NCBI GenBank assembly: GCA_964016885.1
Contig: OZ024740.1
Coordinates: 110,360,001-110,424,000, forward strand
Reading direction: 5' to 3'
Source of the DNA: Eledone cirrhosa
Taxonomy: Eukaryota
DNA length: 64,000 bases
In this document: positions 1-11,813 of the stretch, in pieces
Layout: every line of letters begins with the position of its first letter
Position numbering within the stretch: position 1 is the stretch's first letter
Program-made: the position numbers and the translations under genes
Notes under the pieces: generated by a model
Seen by the model: only the letters and a program-made list of their open reading frames with translations
Told to the model about the DNA's origin: nothing
Database searches by the model: none

Positions 1-470
1 CTTATTAATAACTGCATTGTTTCTTTCCAGGAACTATGTTTAAAAATAAACCTCATTTGGTCATTCCATGAGAGTATTTTCGTCAGCCTATGAACTTTTC
101 AGGCGACCATCGTAAACCACTGGCATTTGAAAATATTTCAATAGCAAATGAAGCAATCTATAGATTAAATATATGTAAATCGTTCATATACGGATGTTAT
201 CTATAATTTTGATAGTGAATTGGAATAATTTTCTTTTAAAATGAAGGCAATGCTAATGACGACAATTGTGTTTAGAAAACACCCTTGCATGCTAATATTA
301 CCCTTCGTCAACATTCTATAATTGTATTTTCAACTCTTATTACTTTTAATTTATTCATATTCATATAAACATCGTGGGACAGAGCTCAACACCCCTCTCA
401 CCCTCTCTCGTGTTCTCGCACGTTTCCTCTCTCTCTCTCATATACAATATATTATTATATTATTTATGTT

Positions 471-538
<68 letters not shown>

Positions 539-1939
539 TATATACATACATACACAACATTACTCTGCTATTTTTTTTTTTATATTAGCCAGGAATTACA
601 TCGTAGTCAATGACTTAAAAAAACAACAATTATGAAGATTCCGAAAGAAAAGGTGATATAATTCTATATCTTGACGTACTTATAATTAAAGAAACAAACA
701 AAAAACCAAAATAACAAACAGTTGTAATAAAGCCGAGAGCATTAGTTTTATGTAATGGTTTTAATTTTTCAATTAGGTTCACTTTTTTTTTATTAAGGGG
801 CGGAGATTTCTGTTCATGTTGTGAATATTAATAAAACAAATACAAGTCTATGATGAACATCATTGTTTCTTGTGACAATGTCATTGGCAGACGATTTCCT
901 ATTTTTCTTCCATTTTTTCCCCCTATTGACGCCATCAATGGTCGGTTAGCCGTCGTCAAAACGAGGCTATTTAACCAAATCAGATTTCGGCTGCCATGAT
1001 AACGTTGGGTTATCATATAGCATATAGGCTTCGTGAGAAGTTTGACCTCTATCTCTTCTCACAACATGAGCACCCACTTGCGCAGAATCGTGGCAATAGT
1101 TTGTATGTTTGTTTGGTTTCGTTCCCTTACCAGAATGACAAGATTCTCTCTCGTTTTTGTTTAGAATAAATCAAGAGAAAAAATGACTTTTGTCTCAGAC
1201 ATATCTTTACGTTGTCAGGAACAATCTGCGTGGTTTTAACGAGCAAACTATTCTGTTTGTATATATGTCCTTTATTTTGGTTTATCATCGATTTTGTATT
1301 TATTCTCTAATGAAGTTGTGGTGATGGTAAGAAGGGTTATCACAAGTGTCTGATGACTCGAAAAACATTTTTGAAAGGCGAACAATAAGGGAGCTCATCC
1401 AATCTGGCTTCCTTAATCAACATTTTCTACTTTAACATTTATATTACTTTCTTTCTTTCTTTCTTTCTTTTGTATATATTTGTGTGTTTGTTTCGTTCGT
1501 CGTTTTTCAATTTAAAGTCTTTTCATGGATTCGTCAAAAATCTTTTAATATTCTTGACAAGAAAGAAAGCAATGCCAACTCCTTAAACTTGCCAATATCT
1601 GGCCAGGTTCACATCATTCGTCATTATTAATATTGCTGTATTTATCTGTTATAGTCAGCCCTAACGTTGCTTCCACCCTACTACAAAACCACCACAACCA
1701 CCATTACCCCATCACCACCATCACATCACACCCACCATCATCCAGCACCACTACTTCCACATCTACCACCATTACTACTACCACCATCACTACAACCGCT
1801 ACTCCCCACAACCAACACTACCCACATCAACCCCGACCAGCACCCCAACAACATCATCACCATCATCCACCACGATCATGATTATCCTCATCACAATTAT
1901 CATCATCGTCGTTGTCAGCGTTGTCCACCTCACCTTCTT

Positions 1940-2070
1940 CCGGCGAGGCTAACTTTGCCTTTCATCCTTACGGGGTTGATATGATAAAGTACCAGTAATG
2001 CATTTGGGTCGATTTAATCGACTTTCCCCTCCAGCCAAATTGTTGGCCCTGTGACTAAATAAAAACCAAT
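1940..2070 (+). mobile_element. SINE fragment (cephalopod tRNA-derived SINE core)
   Basis: Core 'gaggctaactttgcctttcatccttacggggttgat...aaagtaccag' recurs at 2.8, 21.7, 49.2, 49.5 and 50.9 kb. Confidence 0.7.
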
Positions 2071-2479
2071 TTTATTATTTTGTTTTTCATCATCATCATC
2101 TTTATAATTACAATCTCCATTATCATCATCATTATTTCCGCAACAGCCAGCATCAAGAATTTCTTTCTACATTTCCTCACTTCAGGTCCAGCCCCATAAA
2201 CATTTAGCTAAACGCCACTCACAGGCCAAGACCAGCCTCTTCCGGCCCACACGCCCCATTCCTCCTTTTCACACTTCCACCTTTTAAACGCTCACATTTC
2301 TCTAAAGATTTAAATGATAAATATGTTATTGAAAGTTCATTACAGGGAAATTGAAGTAAAGATCGGATTGGAGGGTAACGGAGGAAATAAGTTGATGTTA
2401 CCGATGACAGCTTATACAATCACAGTGATTAGAGAAAACAGACTTAACTGAGGACGTAGCGGCAACAGCTCTTCCATGT

Positions 2480-2575
<96 letters not shown>

Positions 2576-2831
2576 TTGTACTCATACATTACCCAACAAA
2601 CACTTGTACTTATACACAAACACACACACACAAACGTGTACTCATACAAAGACACACATACACGCATATAGATGTATAGTGTCTCATTGTTTTACACGTC
2701 TCAGTCATTAGACAGCGGCCATGCTAGGACATCGAAACGATTTACTGGGCTTTGATAATTGTCATTAAATAAGATAATCTAAGTGGAAACCGAATTATTT
2801 GTAAAATTTGATTAAATTCACTCGCATGCGT

Positions 2832-2974
2832 TACTGGTATTTTATTTTATCGACCCCGTATGGATGAAAAGCAAAGCTAACTCCGGCAGGATTTGAACTC
2901 GGAACGTAAAGAGACGTAATTATATGCCGCTAACACGTTGTTTGACGCTCTACCGATACTGCTAATTCACCGCC
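2832..2974 (-). mobile_element. tRNA-derived SINE
   Basis: Minus strand reads GGCGGTGAATTAGCAG...CGAGTTCAAATCC (A/B-box-like), then the core TTTTCATCC..CGGGGTCGATAAA. Confidence 0.75.
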
Positions 2975-2985
2975 ATTACCGTTAG

Positions 2986-2996
2986 TAATAATAATG

Positions 2997-3050
<54 letters not shown>
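2986..3050 (+). repeat. (TAA)n microsatellite, 5' flank of RLE element A1
   Basis: Direct reading. Confidence 0.95.
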
Positions 3051-3054
<4 letters not shown>

Positions 3055-4315
3055 TTCGAAAACTCTTAACCATGCACAGAATGCATCACCCTAAGGCAGA
3101 TATAGATAGAATATATCTCCCTAGGAAAGAAGGAGGACGTGGGTTAATCCAGTTAGACATTGCGTTGAAAACTGCAACAATTGGATTATCCACATATCTA
3201 AGGGAATCACATGATTGGATGATCAAACTCGTTTTGAAACACGAAAGCACCAAAAGATCATATTCCATTACAAAAGATGCACAAAGATACAGTAATGGAC
3301 TACAAATTTCAGAAGTCCCATTTACTGCTGAAATGGAAAACACAGAAAAAGCAAAGCAGGTAAAAGTAACTGCAAAGAAAGAACTGCTACAGAAACTGGC
3401 TAAGAAATGGCAAGAAAAGCCTCTGTATGGAAAATACCCAGAGCGAGCTAACAATCCTGATGTTGACAAAACTTTAACCTATCAGTGGTTGGCATCCTCT
3501 GGACTGAAATCGGAGACTGAAGGACTGATTATATCCGCACAAGATCAGTGTCTGCCAACAAAAAATTACCAAGCCAACATAATAAAAAATGGGTGCAGCC
3601 CATTATGCCGTGTATGCAAAAAACAACCAGAGACCATTGACCATATACTTTCAATGTGCAGTCCTATAGCTCCAACCGAATACCTAAACAGGCATGACAG
3701 AGCTGCACAATACATACATTGGATAATGTGTAAGCATTTTGACCTGCCCCATCAAAAGAATTGGTGGGAGCATCAACCACCTCCCATACTTGAAAAAGAT
3801 CACATCTCAATCTTGTGGAACTTTAGCATCCAAACAGACCGAAAAATAGATGCAAATAGACCTGATATAATATTGAAGGACTTTAAAAAGAGGGTATGCC
3901 TGCTAATTGATATGTCTGTTCCAATAGACAAGAATGTATCTATAAAAACATTTGAAAAATTGAGCAAGTATAAGGACCTGGAGATAGAAATTGGAAAAAT
4001 GTGGAAATTGAGAACTAAAACAATACCAGTGGTTGTAGGCGCTCTGGGAATGATACCTAAGGGGTCTAATGATTACTTATCGCAAATCCCAGGAAACCCG
4101 CGTATAGGAGAAATACAAAAGATAGTACTAATGGGAACTGCCCATATACTAAGGAAGATTCTGTCAATATAAGTACATCACAAGTCTAAACACTAAAGAT
4201 GCATGTGTGAGTATGTATGTTCTTTCTTGAACATGGCGGACCTTGTTGTCTCTTGAGGTCACTGGTTGTGACTTGGTGATAACTCGTATGAACATAAAGC
4301 AAGATAAATGCAACT

Positions 4316-4316
<1 letters not shown>
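3051..4316 (+). mobile_element. 5'-truncated R4/Dong-like RLE non-LTR retrotransposon (family A, copy A1)
   Basis: ORF to 4172 has RT thumb (RIYLPRKEGGRGL), CCHC finger (CRVC...H...C), RHD and a PD..D..EK..KY endonuclease; followed by a 3'UTR and (TAA)n 4317-4378; near-identical to 19121-20390. Confidence 0.92.
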
Positions 4317-4378
<62 letters not shown>

Positions 4379-4797
4379 GGGAAGAAGACACACATGGCGG
4401 ATAGAAGGTCGAGAAATCGCTCCCGTAAGTTTTGATTTTTTAACATATTTAAATCAATTGTGAAATAACAATTCTTAGTACAAATGTTGCATAAAACATC
4501 CAGCTTGAGTCCCAAAAAATTCGGATCCACAATATAGTGTTATATCGCTCAAATATTCAATTTTATATTATACATTTTATATTCAAAAAAGAAAATGGTT
4601 ATAAATGGAAGAAAACCCCTCTGTCTACTCTATATAGAACAGCCAAATAACAGCAATTTCACCAACATCAGAAACTAGATACACCACCTACCCCAGCACC
4701 CCTCTGTGTACACTAAACACAACAGCCACATAACGGCAATTTCCCCACCACCACCACCAATCTCAGCATAATAATAATAATTACTATTACTATTGCC

Positions 4798-6143
4798 TCA
4801 AGTTTTAGTTTTAACAAAATGTTTAATTCCAATATTAAGAAAAATATGTCAACACATATACGCGACTAACGATAATTTCACTAAAGATAATTTCACCACC
4901 AATACCACCACCACTACAACAAGGAAAACTCTGGTCAAGTCGACTCAAATTTCTACTCCAACTTCAACACCATCACTACAGTAATACGACCACATCACCA
5001 CCACCGCTGCCTCACTATCTCTACCACCGCTATTCTCTCCCACTACCTCCTACTAGTTGCTGCTAGCACAGCACCGCCACCACCACCGCCGCCGCTGCCT
5101 CAATATCACTACCGCCGCTATTCTCTCCCACTACCCCCTGCTACATTGTAGAATTCCCACTAAGAGAGGAAAACATCAAAATATATAAATAGACTGAATT
5201 GATGACCTGGTCAAAATAAAAAATAAAAAACAACAAAAACAAAACAAAAATCAAAATCAAGTTTTAGTTTTAACAAAATGTTTAATTCCAATATTAAGAA
5301 AAATATGTCAACACATATACGCGACTAATGATAATTTCACTAAAGATAATTTCACCACCAATACCACCACCACTACCACGATGAAAACTCTGATCAAGTC
5401 GACTCAAATTTCTACTCCAACTTCAACACCATCACTACAGTAATACGACCACATCATCACCACCACCACTGCCTCATTATCGCTACCGCCGCTATTCTCT
5501 GCCACTACCTCCTGCTAGTTGCTGCTGGCACAGCACCGCCACCACCACCGCCGCCGTGCCTCAATATCACTACCGCCGCTATTCTCTCCCGCTACCCCCT
5601 GCTACATTGTAGAATTCTCACTAAAAGAGGAAAAGAACAAAATATATAAATAGACTGAATTGATGACCCGGTCAAAATAAAAAAAAAACAATAATCCAAA
5701 TCAAGTTTTAGTTTTAACAAAATGTTTAATTCCAATATTAAGGAAAATATGTCAACACATATACGCGACTAATGATAATTTCACTAAAGATAATTTCACC
5801 ACCAGTGCCACCAACACTGCCACGATGAAAACTCTGGTCAAGTCGACTCGAATTTCTACTCCATCTTCAACACCATCGCTACAGTAATACGACCACATCG
5901 CCACCGCCGCTGCCTCATTATCGCTACCGCCGCTATTCTCTCCCACTACCTCCTGCTAGTTTCTGGTGGCACAGCACCGCCATCGCCGCCGCCGCCGCTG
6001 CCTCATTGTCACTACCGCCGCTATTCTCTCCCGCTAGCTTCTGCTACATTGTAGAATTCTCACTAAAAGAGGAAGGCATCAAAATGTATAAATAGACTGA
6101 ATTGATGACCCGGTCAAAAAAAAAAAAAAAAATTCAAAATCAA
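4798..6143. repeat. Tandem repeat, ~450-bp unit x3
   Basis: 'tcaagttttagttttaacaaaatgtttaattcc' at 4798, 5257 and 5701; units are colinear. Confidence 0.9.
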
Positions 6144-6321
6144 AGCAGCACAGCAACAACGAAAAACGTAAAGGAAATAAAAATGAAAAGAAAAACAAAC
6201 GGACGGACAGAGAAGGGAAGGGAAAAACTAAGTCAGACATTCAAACACTACATTACAATGAAACTTATGCTTATTCATTTTGGGGTTTTTTTCTGCCTGT
6301 TTGTTTGTTTGTTTATTTGGG

Positions 6322-9300
6322 TTCGTCTACAGCGTGATAATGCCACACAAAAGTCACGTGGTGTGACGAAACCACCGGAGACAAGTAATTCAGCGGTGGT
6401 TATGTAACCATACATTCGCCAATCCTCGATAAGAGTGTTTAAAATGTCGAACCTAAACAGTTCGAATAACGGTGAAATGGAGACTAGAATGTCATGTGAC
6501 AGACTCTCACCCAACAGGTGCTCCCTGGCTCAGAAGCAGGGACCTGGCTGTCAACCAAATACTGCTGGTGTCGGAGGAAGAAGAAGAAGGAAAGGGACCA
6601 GAACCAACTGGACGAAAGAATTGAATAGAACTGTTATGCAATGTTACCTGAAGAGTAACCCCAAGGAGAAAGGCTATAGGAAAAGGATGCATAACATCTG
6701 GAACGAGATTGGTCCATTTAAATTAGATGAACAAAAACCGGCCGGGCAGGCTCGGGTAATAAGAACTAATGGGTGGATAAGCGAGCTGGAACTGGAGGAA
6801 CTGAGCAGAGAGATTAGCTTGGAGATGGAGGGTGGAGTATGCCAGGCAAACGAGCCAGTGGGAAATGAAGGTGAAGAGGTCGAGAGAACGGAGGAACCAC
6901 CCGAAACAGACAATGATCTGAATGCTGAGATAAATAATACCTGGAACAGAGATACGGCCACTGAGGAGATGAATGCTGACGGGCTAGGACAAGATTTGGT
7001 AGATATCCTAAACTTAGTGGTAGATGAATTGAACAATGATAGTGGGAGACCTATGAACCTAAGATTTGTAGACAGGAAAAAGTTAAAAGAAACAACAGCT
7101 AAGGTAAACAAATTCATCCCATACCTTGAGGCGAGGAGCCTTCACCAGTGCAACAATATCCTCAAAGCAACAGCAAATACGGTGAGGAAACTACTTGGTA
7201 TAAAAGCGAGAGGAAACAACAGACAAGAAAGAGCAGAGCCTTGGTGGAAGAAACAACTGAGTGGTCAAATCAAGGAAATGAGAAATGACATTGGAAAGCT
7301 TGAGTCCCTACTGAATGGGACACTAAAAAACATAGACACTAAAAATAGACTGTAAATAAAGTACAAAACTAGGAGGAAAAAGCTAAATATTATCATAGAG
7401 GAACTGAAGCAACGCATTGTAGCAAAGAATGCAAATATCAGGCGATACGAGAACAGAGTCAGCCAGTATAGACAGAACCGCATGTTCGACAACAACCAGA
7501 AGATGCTGTTTGGACAGCTTGAAGGGAAAGAAAGAGGCAACGACTTGATCCCTGAGGCGGAACAAACTAAAACATTCTGGAGAGGAATATGGGAGCAGGA
7601 TGTTAAACATAATGACCAGGCAGTGTGGATTGAGACAGTACAGAAGGAGATCAATGAACAGGCACACCAACAAACTGATTTGAGTATCACAGTTGAAACT
7701 CTTAAGGGGCAGGCCAAAAAACTAACCAACTGGAAATCACCTGGCCCAGATGGTGTGCAGGGGTATTGGATTAAAAACATAACATCCCTCCACCCGAAAC
7801 TGACAACCATGTTCAATGACTGCTTGATGTCAGGTGAGGTACCAGAGTGGTTGACAAAAGGTACCACAGTTCTGATAATGAAAGACCGAATCAAGGGTAA
7901 TGATGTTACCAACTATAGACCTATCACATGTCTGTCCGTAATGTGGAAACTGTTGACAAGCATTATGTCTGAGGAAATCTACCATCACCTCCACACATAC
8001 AACTTGTTACCCGACGAACAGAAAGGATGCCGAAAGAAGTCGCGTGGTACAAAGGACCGGTTACTTATTGATAAGATGGTAATGAGGAATTGCAAGAGGA
8101 GACACACTGGTCTTGCCATGGGATGGATAGACTACAAAAAGGCATTTGACATGGTGCCTCATTCTTGGATCACCAAAAGCCTGGAGATCTTCAAGGTGGC
8201 AGATAACATCAGACAGTTGTTGGGCAAAAGTATGAAGTCCTGGGAAACAGAGTTAACATCAACTGGAGAATCCTTGGGAAGCGTGAAGATCAAGAGAGGT
8301 ATCTTCCAGGGAGATAGTCTGTCCCCTCTGTTGTTTGTCCTTGCCCTGATGCCCCTGACCAGTGTACTGCGAAAAGTGAGAGCAGGATACAGGTTGGGAA
8401 AGGGAGAGCTTACCATCAATCACCTCCTCTTCATGGACGATCTTAAGCTCTTCGGGAAAAGTGAGAAGGAGTTGGATGTGCTTGTTGACACTGTCCGTAT
8501 TTTCAGCAATGATATATGTATGCAATTTGGTATTAGTAAGTGTGGAGTCATTGTGATGAGGAGGGGTAAGTTGAGCAGAAGTAACGGAATCCAGGTACCA
8601 ACAGGTGAGATGATAAAGGAAATTGACTCTGAGGAAGGATACAAGTATTTGGGCGTTCTGGAGGCTGATGACATCAAGAACGAAAAATTGAAGGAATTGA
8701 TAAGAACTGAATACCTTCGGAGAGTAAGGAGTGTATTAAAGTCACATCTGAACAGTAGGAATGCCATAAGCGCAGCAAATTCCCGAGCTGTGTCTATTAT
8801 TAGGTACAGTGCGGGAATTCTGAGATGGAATGTTGCTGAACAAAAAGAAATGGATAGGAAGACTAGGAAGCTATTGACTATCTACAATATGTTCCACAAG
8901 AGGAGTGATGTCGATAGACTCTACTTAAGGAGATCTGAAGGTGGAAGAGGTCTTATCAGCATAGAGGGCTGTGTTCAGATGGAGAAAAACAACCTACACA
9001 AATACGTGACTGATAGTAAGGAGCCAATGCTCAGAACTGTACTGAAGGAAGGGACAATAGGCCAGGGGATGTCCAAGGAGGAAATAACATCAAGGAGAAA
9101 GAGCAGCCTTCAGGAAAAATCCCTTCATAGTACCTTCTTTGAGAAAACTGAATTTAGAGATCCACAGACATGGAACTGGTTGAAAAGAGGAGACCTTAAA
9201 AAGGCTACAGAAGGAATGTTAATGGCTGCGCAGGAGCAGGCCCTCAAAACGAAGTGGTTGAAACACCATATTTACAAGGAGGGGGCTAGCCCACTGTGCA

Positions 9301-9960
9301 GGATCTGTGGAGAGAGAGAGAGGAGACTGTGGCTCACATTGTATCCGAGTGTAAACACCTAGCCCAGACCCACTATAAGGGCTGGAGACATGATGTGATG
9401 GGCAGGGTGATCCACTGGCACCTGTGCAAAGTAAACAATTTACCACATTCTGAGAAATGGTATGAGCATAAGCCAGAGGCAGTGATGGAGAACGATCAGG
9501 TGAAGGTGCTGTGGGATTTTAGGATACAGACGGACAAGAAACTGGAACACAATAGACCTGACCTGGTGGTTGTGGACAAAGAAAAAGGATCGTGTCTGAT
9601 TGTGGATGTGGCCTGCCCATTCGACACGAGAGTGCAAGAGAAGGAGAGGGAGAAAATTAACCGATACCAGGACTTAAAGTGGGAGGTAAAAAGGATTTGG
9701 AACTGCCATGAAGTCAAAGTGATCCCGATTGTCATAGGCGCACTGGGGACTATCTCAAAAAGTTTCCAGGGATGGTTAAAGAAAATTGGCCCCTTCACGC
9801 TTTTTGGAACGCTTCAAAAGGCATGCTTGCTGGGAACAGCAAGAACTCTCCTCCGATACGTCCTGAATATCTGAGGCTGCAGGTAGTGGCTTGATATTCA
9901 TTTCAACAAACTTTCCAGTTAACTAACATGAATGACTGAGACTAAAAAAATAAATAAAAT
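6322..9960 (+). mobile_element. Near full-length R4/Dong-like RLE retrotransposon (family B, copy B1), disrupted ORF
   Basis: ORF 6435-9874 in pieces: stop at 7353 and frameshift at ~9320. RT motifs KSPGPDG, NYRPITCL, IDYKKAFD, GIFQGDSLSP, FMDD, YKYLG; CCHC; RHD; RPDL..D..P..EK..RY RLE; (TAA)n tail. Confidence 0.93.
7482..9362 (+). pseudogene. Reverse transcriptase portion of RLE element B1
   Basis: 626-aa ORF with the standard non-LTR RT motifs, ending in a frameshift inside the zinc finger. Confidence 0.9.
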
Positions 9961-9962
9961 AA

Positions 9963-9996
<34 letters not shown>

Positions 9997-9999
<3 letters not shown>

Positions 10000-11539
10000 G
10001 GTTGGGAAAGGGAGGGCTTACCATCAATCATCTCCTCTTCATGGACGATCTTAAGCTCTTCGGGAAGAGTGAGAAGGAGTTGGATGTGCTTGTTGACACT
10101 GTCCGTATTTTCAGCAATGATATATGTATGCAATTTGGAATTAGTAGGTGTGGAGTCATTGTGATGAAGAGGGGTAAGTTGAGCAGAAGTAACGGAATCC
10201 AGGTACCAACAGGTGAGATGATAAAGGAAATTGACTCTGAAGAAGTATACACGTATTTGGGCGTTCTGGAGGCTGATGGCATAAAGAACAAAAAAATGAA
10301 GGAATTGTTAAGAACTGAATACATTCGGAGAGTAAGGAGCGTATTGAAGTCACATCTGAACAGCAGAAATGCCATAAGCGCAGCAAATTCCCGAGCTGTG
10401 TCTATTATTAGGTACAGTGCGGGAATTCTGAGATGGAATGTTGCTGAACGAAAAGAAATGGATAGGAAGACTAGGAAGCTATTAACTATCTACAACATGT
10501 TCCACAAGAGGAGTGATGTCGATAGACTCTACCTAAGGAGGTCTGAGGGTGGAAGAGGTCTTATCAGCATAGAGGACTGTGTTCAGATGGAGAAAAACAA
10601 CCTACACAAATACGTGACTGATAGTAAGGAGCCAATGCTCAGAACTGTACTGAAGGAGGGGACAATAGGCCAGGGGATGTCCAAGGAGGAAATAACATCA
10701 AGGAGGAAGAGCAGCCTTCAGGAAAAATCCCTTCATAGTACCTTCTTTGAGAAAACTGAATTTAGAGATCCACAGACATGGAACTGGTTGAGAAGAGGAG
10801 ACCTTAAAAAGGCTACAGAAGGAATGTTAATGGCTGCGCAGGAGCAGGCCCTCAAAACGAAGTGGTTGAAACACCATATTTACAAGGAGGAGGCTAGCCC
10901 ACTGTGCAGGATCTGTGGAGAGAGAGAGAGGAGACTGTGGCTCACATTGTATCCGAGTGTAAACACCTAGCCCAGACCCACTATAAGGGCTGGAGACATG
11001 ATGTGATGGGCAGGGTGATCCACTGGCACCTGTGCAAAGTAAACAATTTACCACATTCTGAGAAATGGTATGAGCATAAGCCAGAGGCGGTGATGGAGAA
11101 CGATCAGGTGAAGGTGCTGTGGGATTTTAGGATACAGACGGACAAGAAACTGGAACACAATAGACCTGCCCTGGTGGTTGTGGACAAAGAAAAAAGATCG
11201 TGTCTGATTGTGGATGTGGCCTGCCCATTCGACACGAGAGTGCAAGAGAAGGAGAGGGAGAAAATTAACCGATACCAGGACTTAAAGTGGGAGGTAAAAA
11301 GGATTTGGAACTGCCATGAAGTCAAAGTGATCCCGATTTGGAGACTATCTCCAAAAGTTTCCAGGGATGGTTAAAGAAAATCGGCCCCTTCACGCTTTTT
11401 GGAACGCTTCAAAAGGCATGCTTGCTGGGAACAGCAAGAACCCTCCGATACGTCCTGAATATCTGAGGCTGCAGGTAGTGGCTTGATATTCATTCCAACG
11501 GACTTTCCAGTTAACTAACATCAATGAGTGAGATTCAAG

Positions 11540-11540
<1 letters not shown>
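9997..11540 (+). mobile_element. 5'-truncated copy of family B (B2)
   Basis: Highly similar to 8388-9940; starts after (TAA)n and ends before (AAT)10; same frameshift plus a small deletion at ~11338. Confidence 0.92.
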
Positions 11541-11571
<31 letters not shown>

Positions 11572-11813
11572 TTTTCTTTATTAACCACAAGGGTTCACAT
11601 AAAGTAGACATTAAGGACAGTACAGGACAATACAGGACGGTACAAATGGGCATTTCTGCGTGTAAAAAAACAGAGGTTGAAATAAAATAACAAAGAAAAA
11701 TTCCCAAATAGGGGGGAGACTTCCGAGGGACATTTGTGGAGAAAGCCCATTAAAAGACCACAGTGGCCCTGACCACCAGGGCAAGTGCCCTCTCCCAGTT
11801 TTCCACCTTTAAT

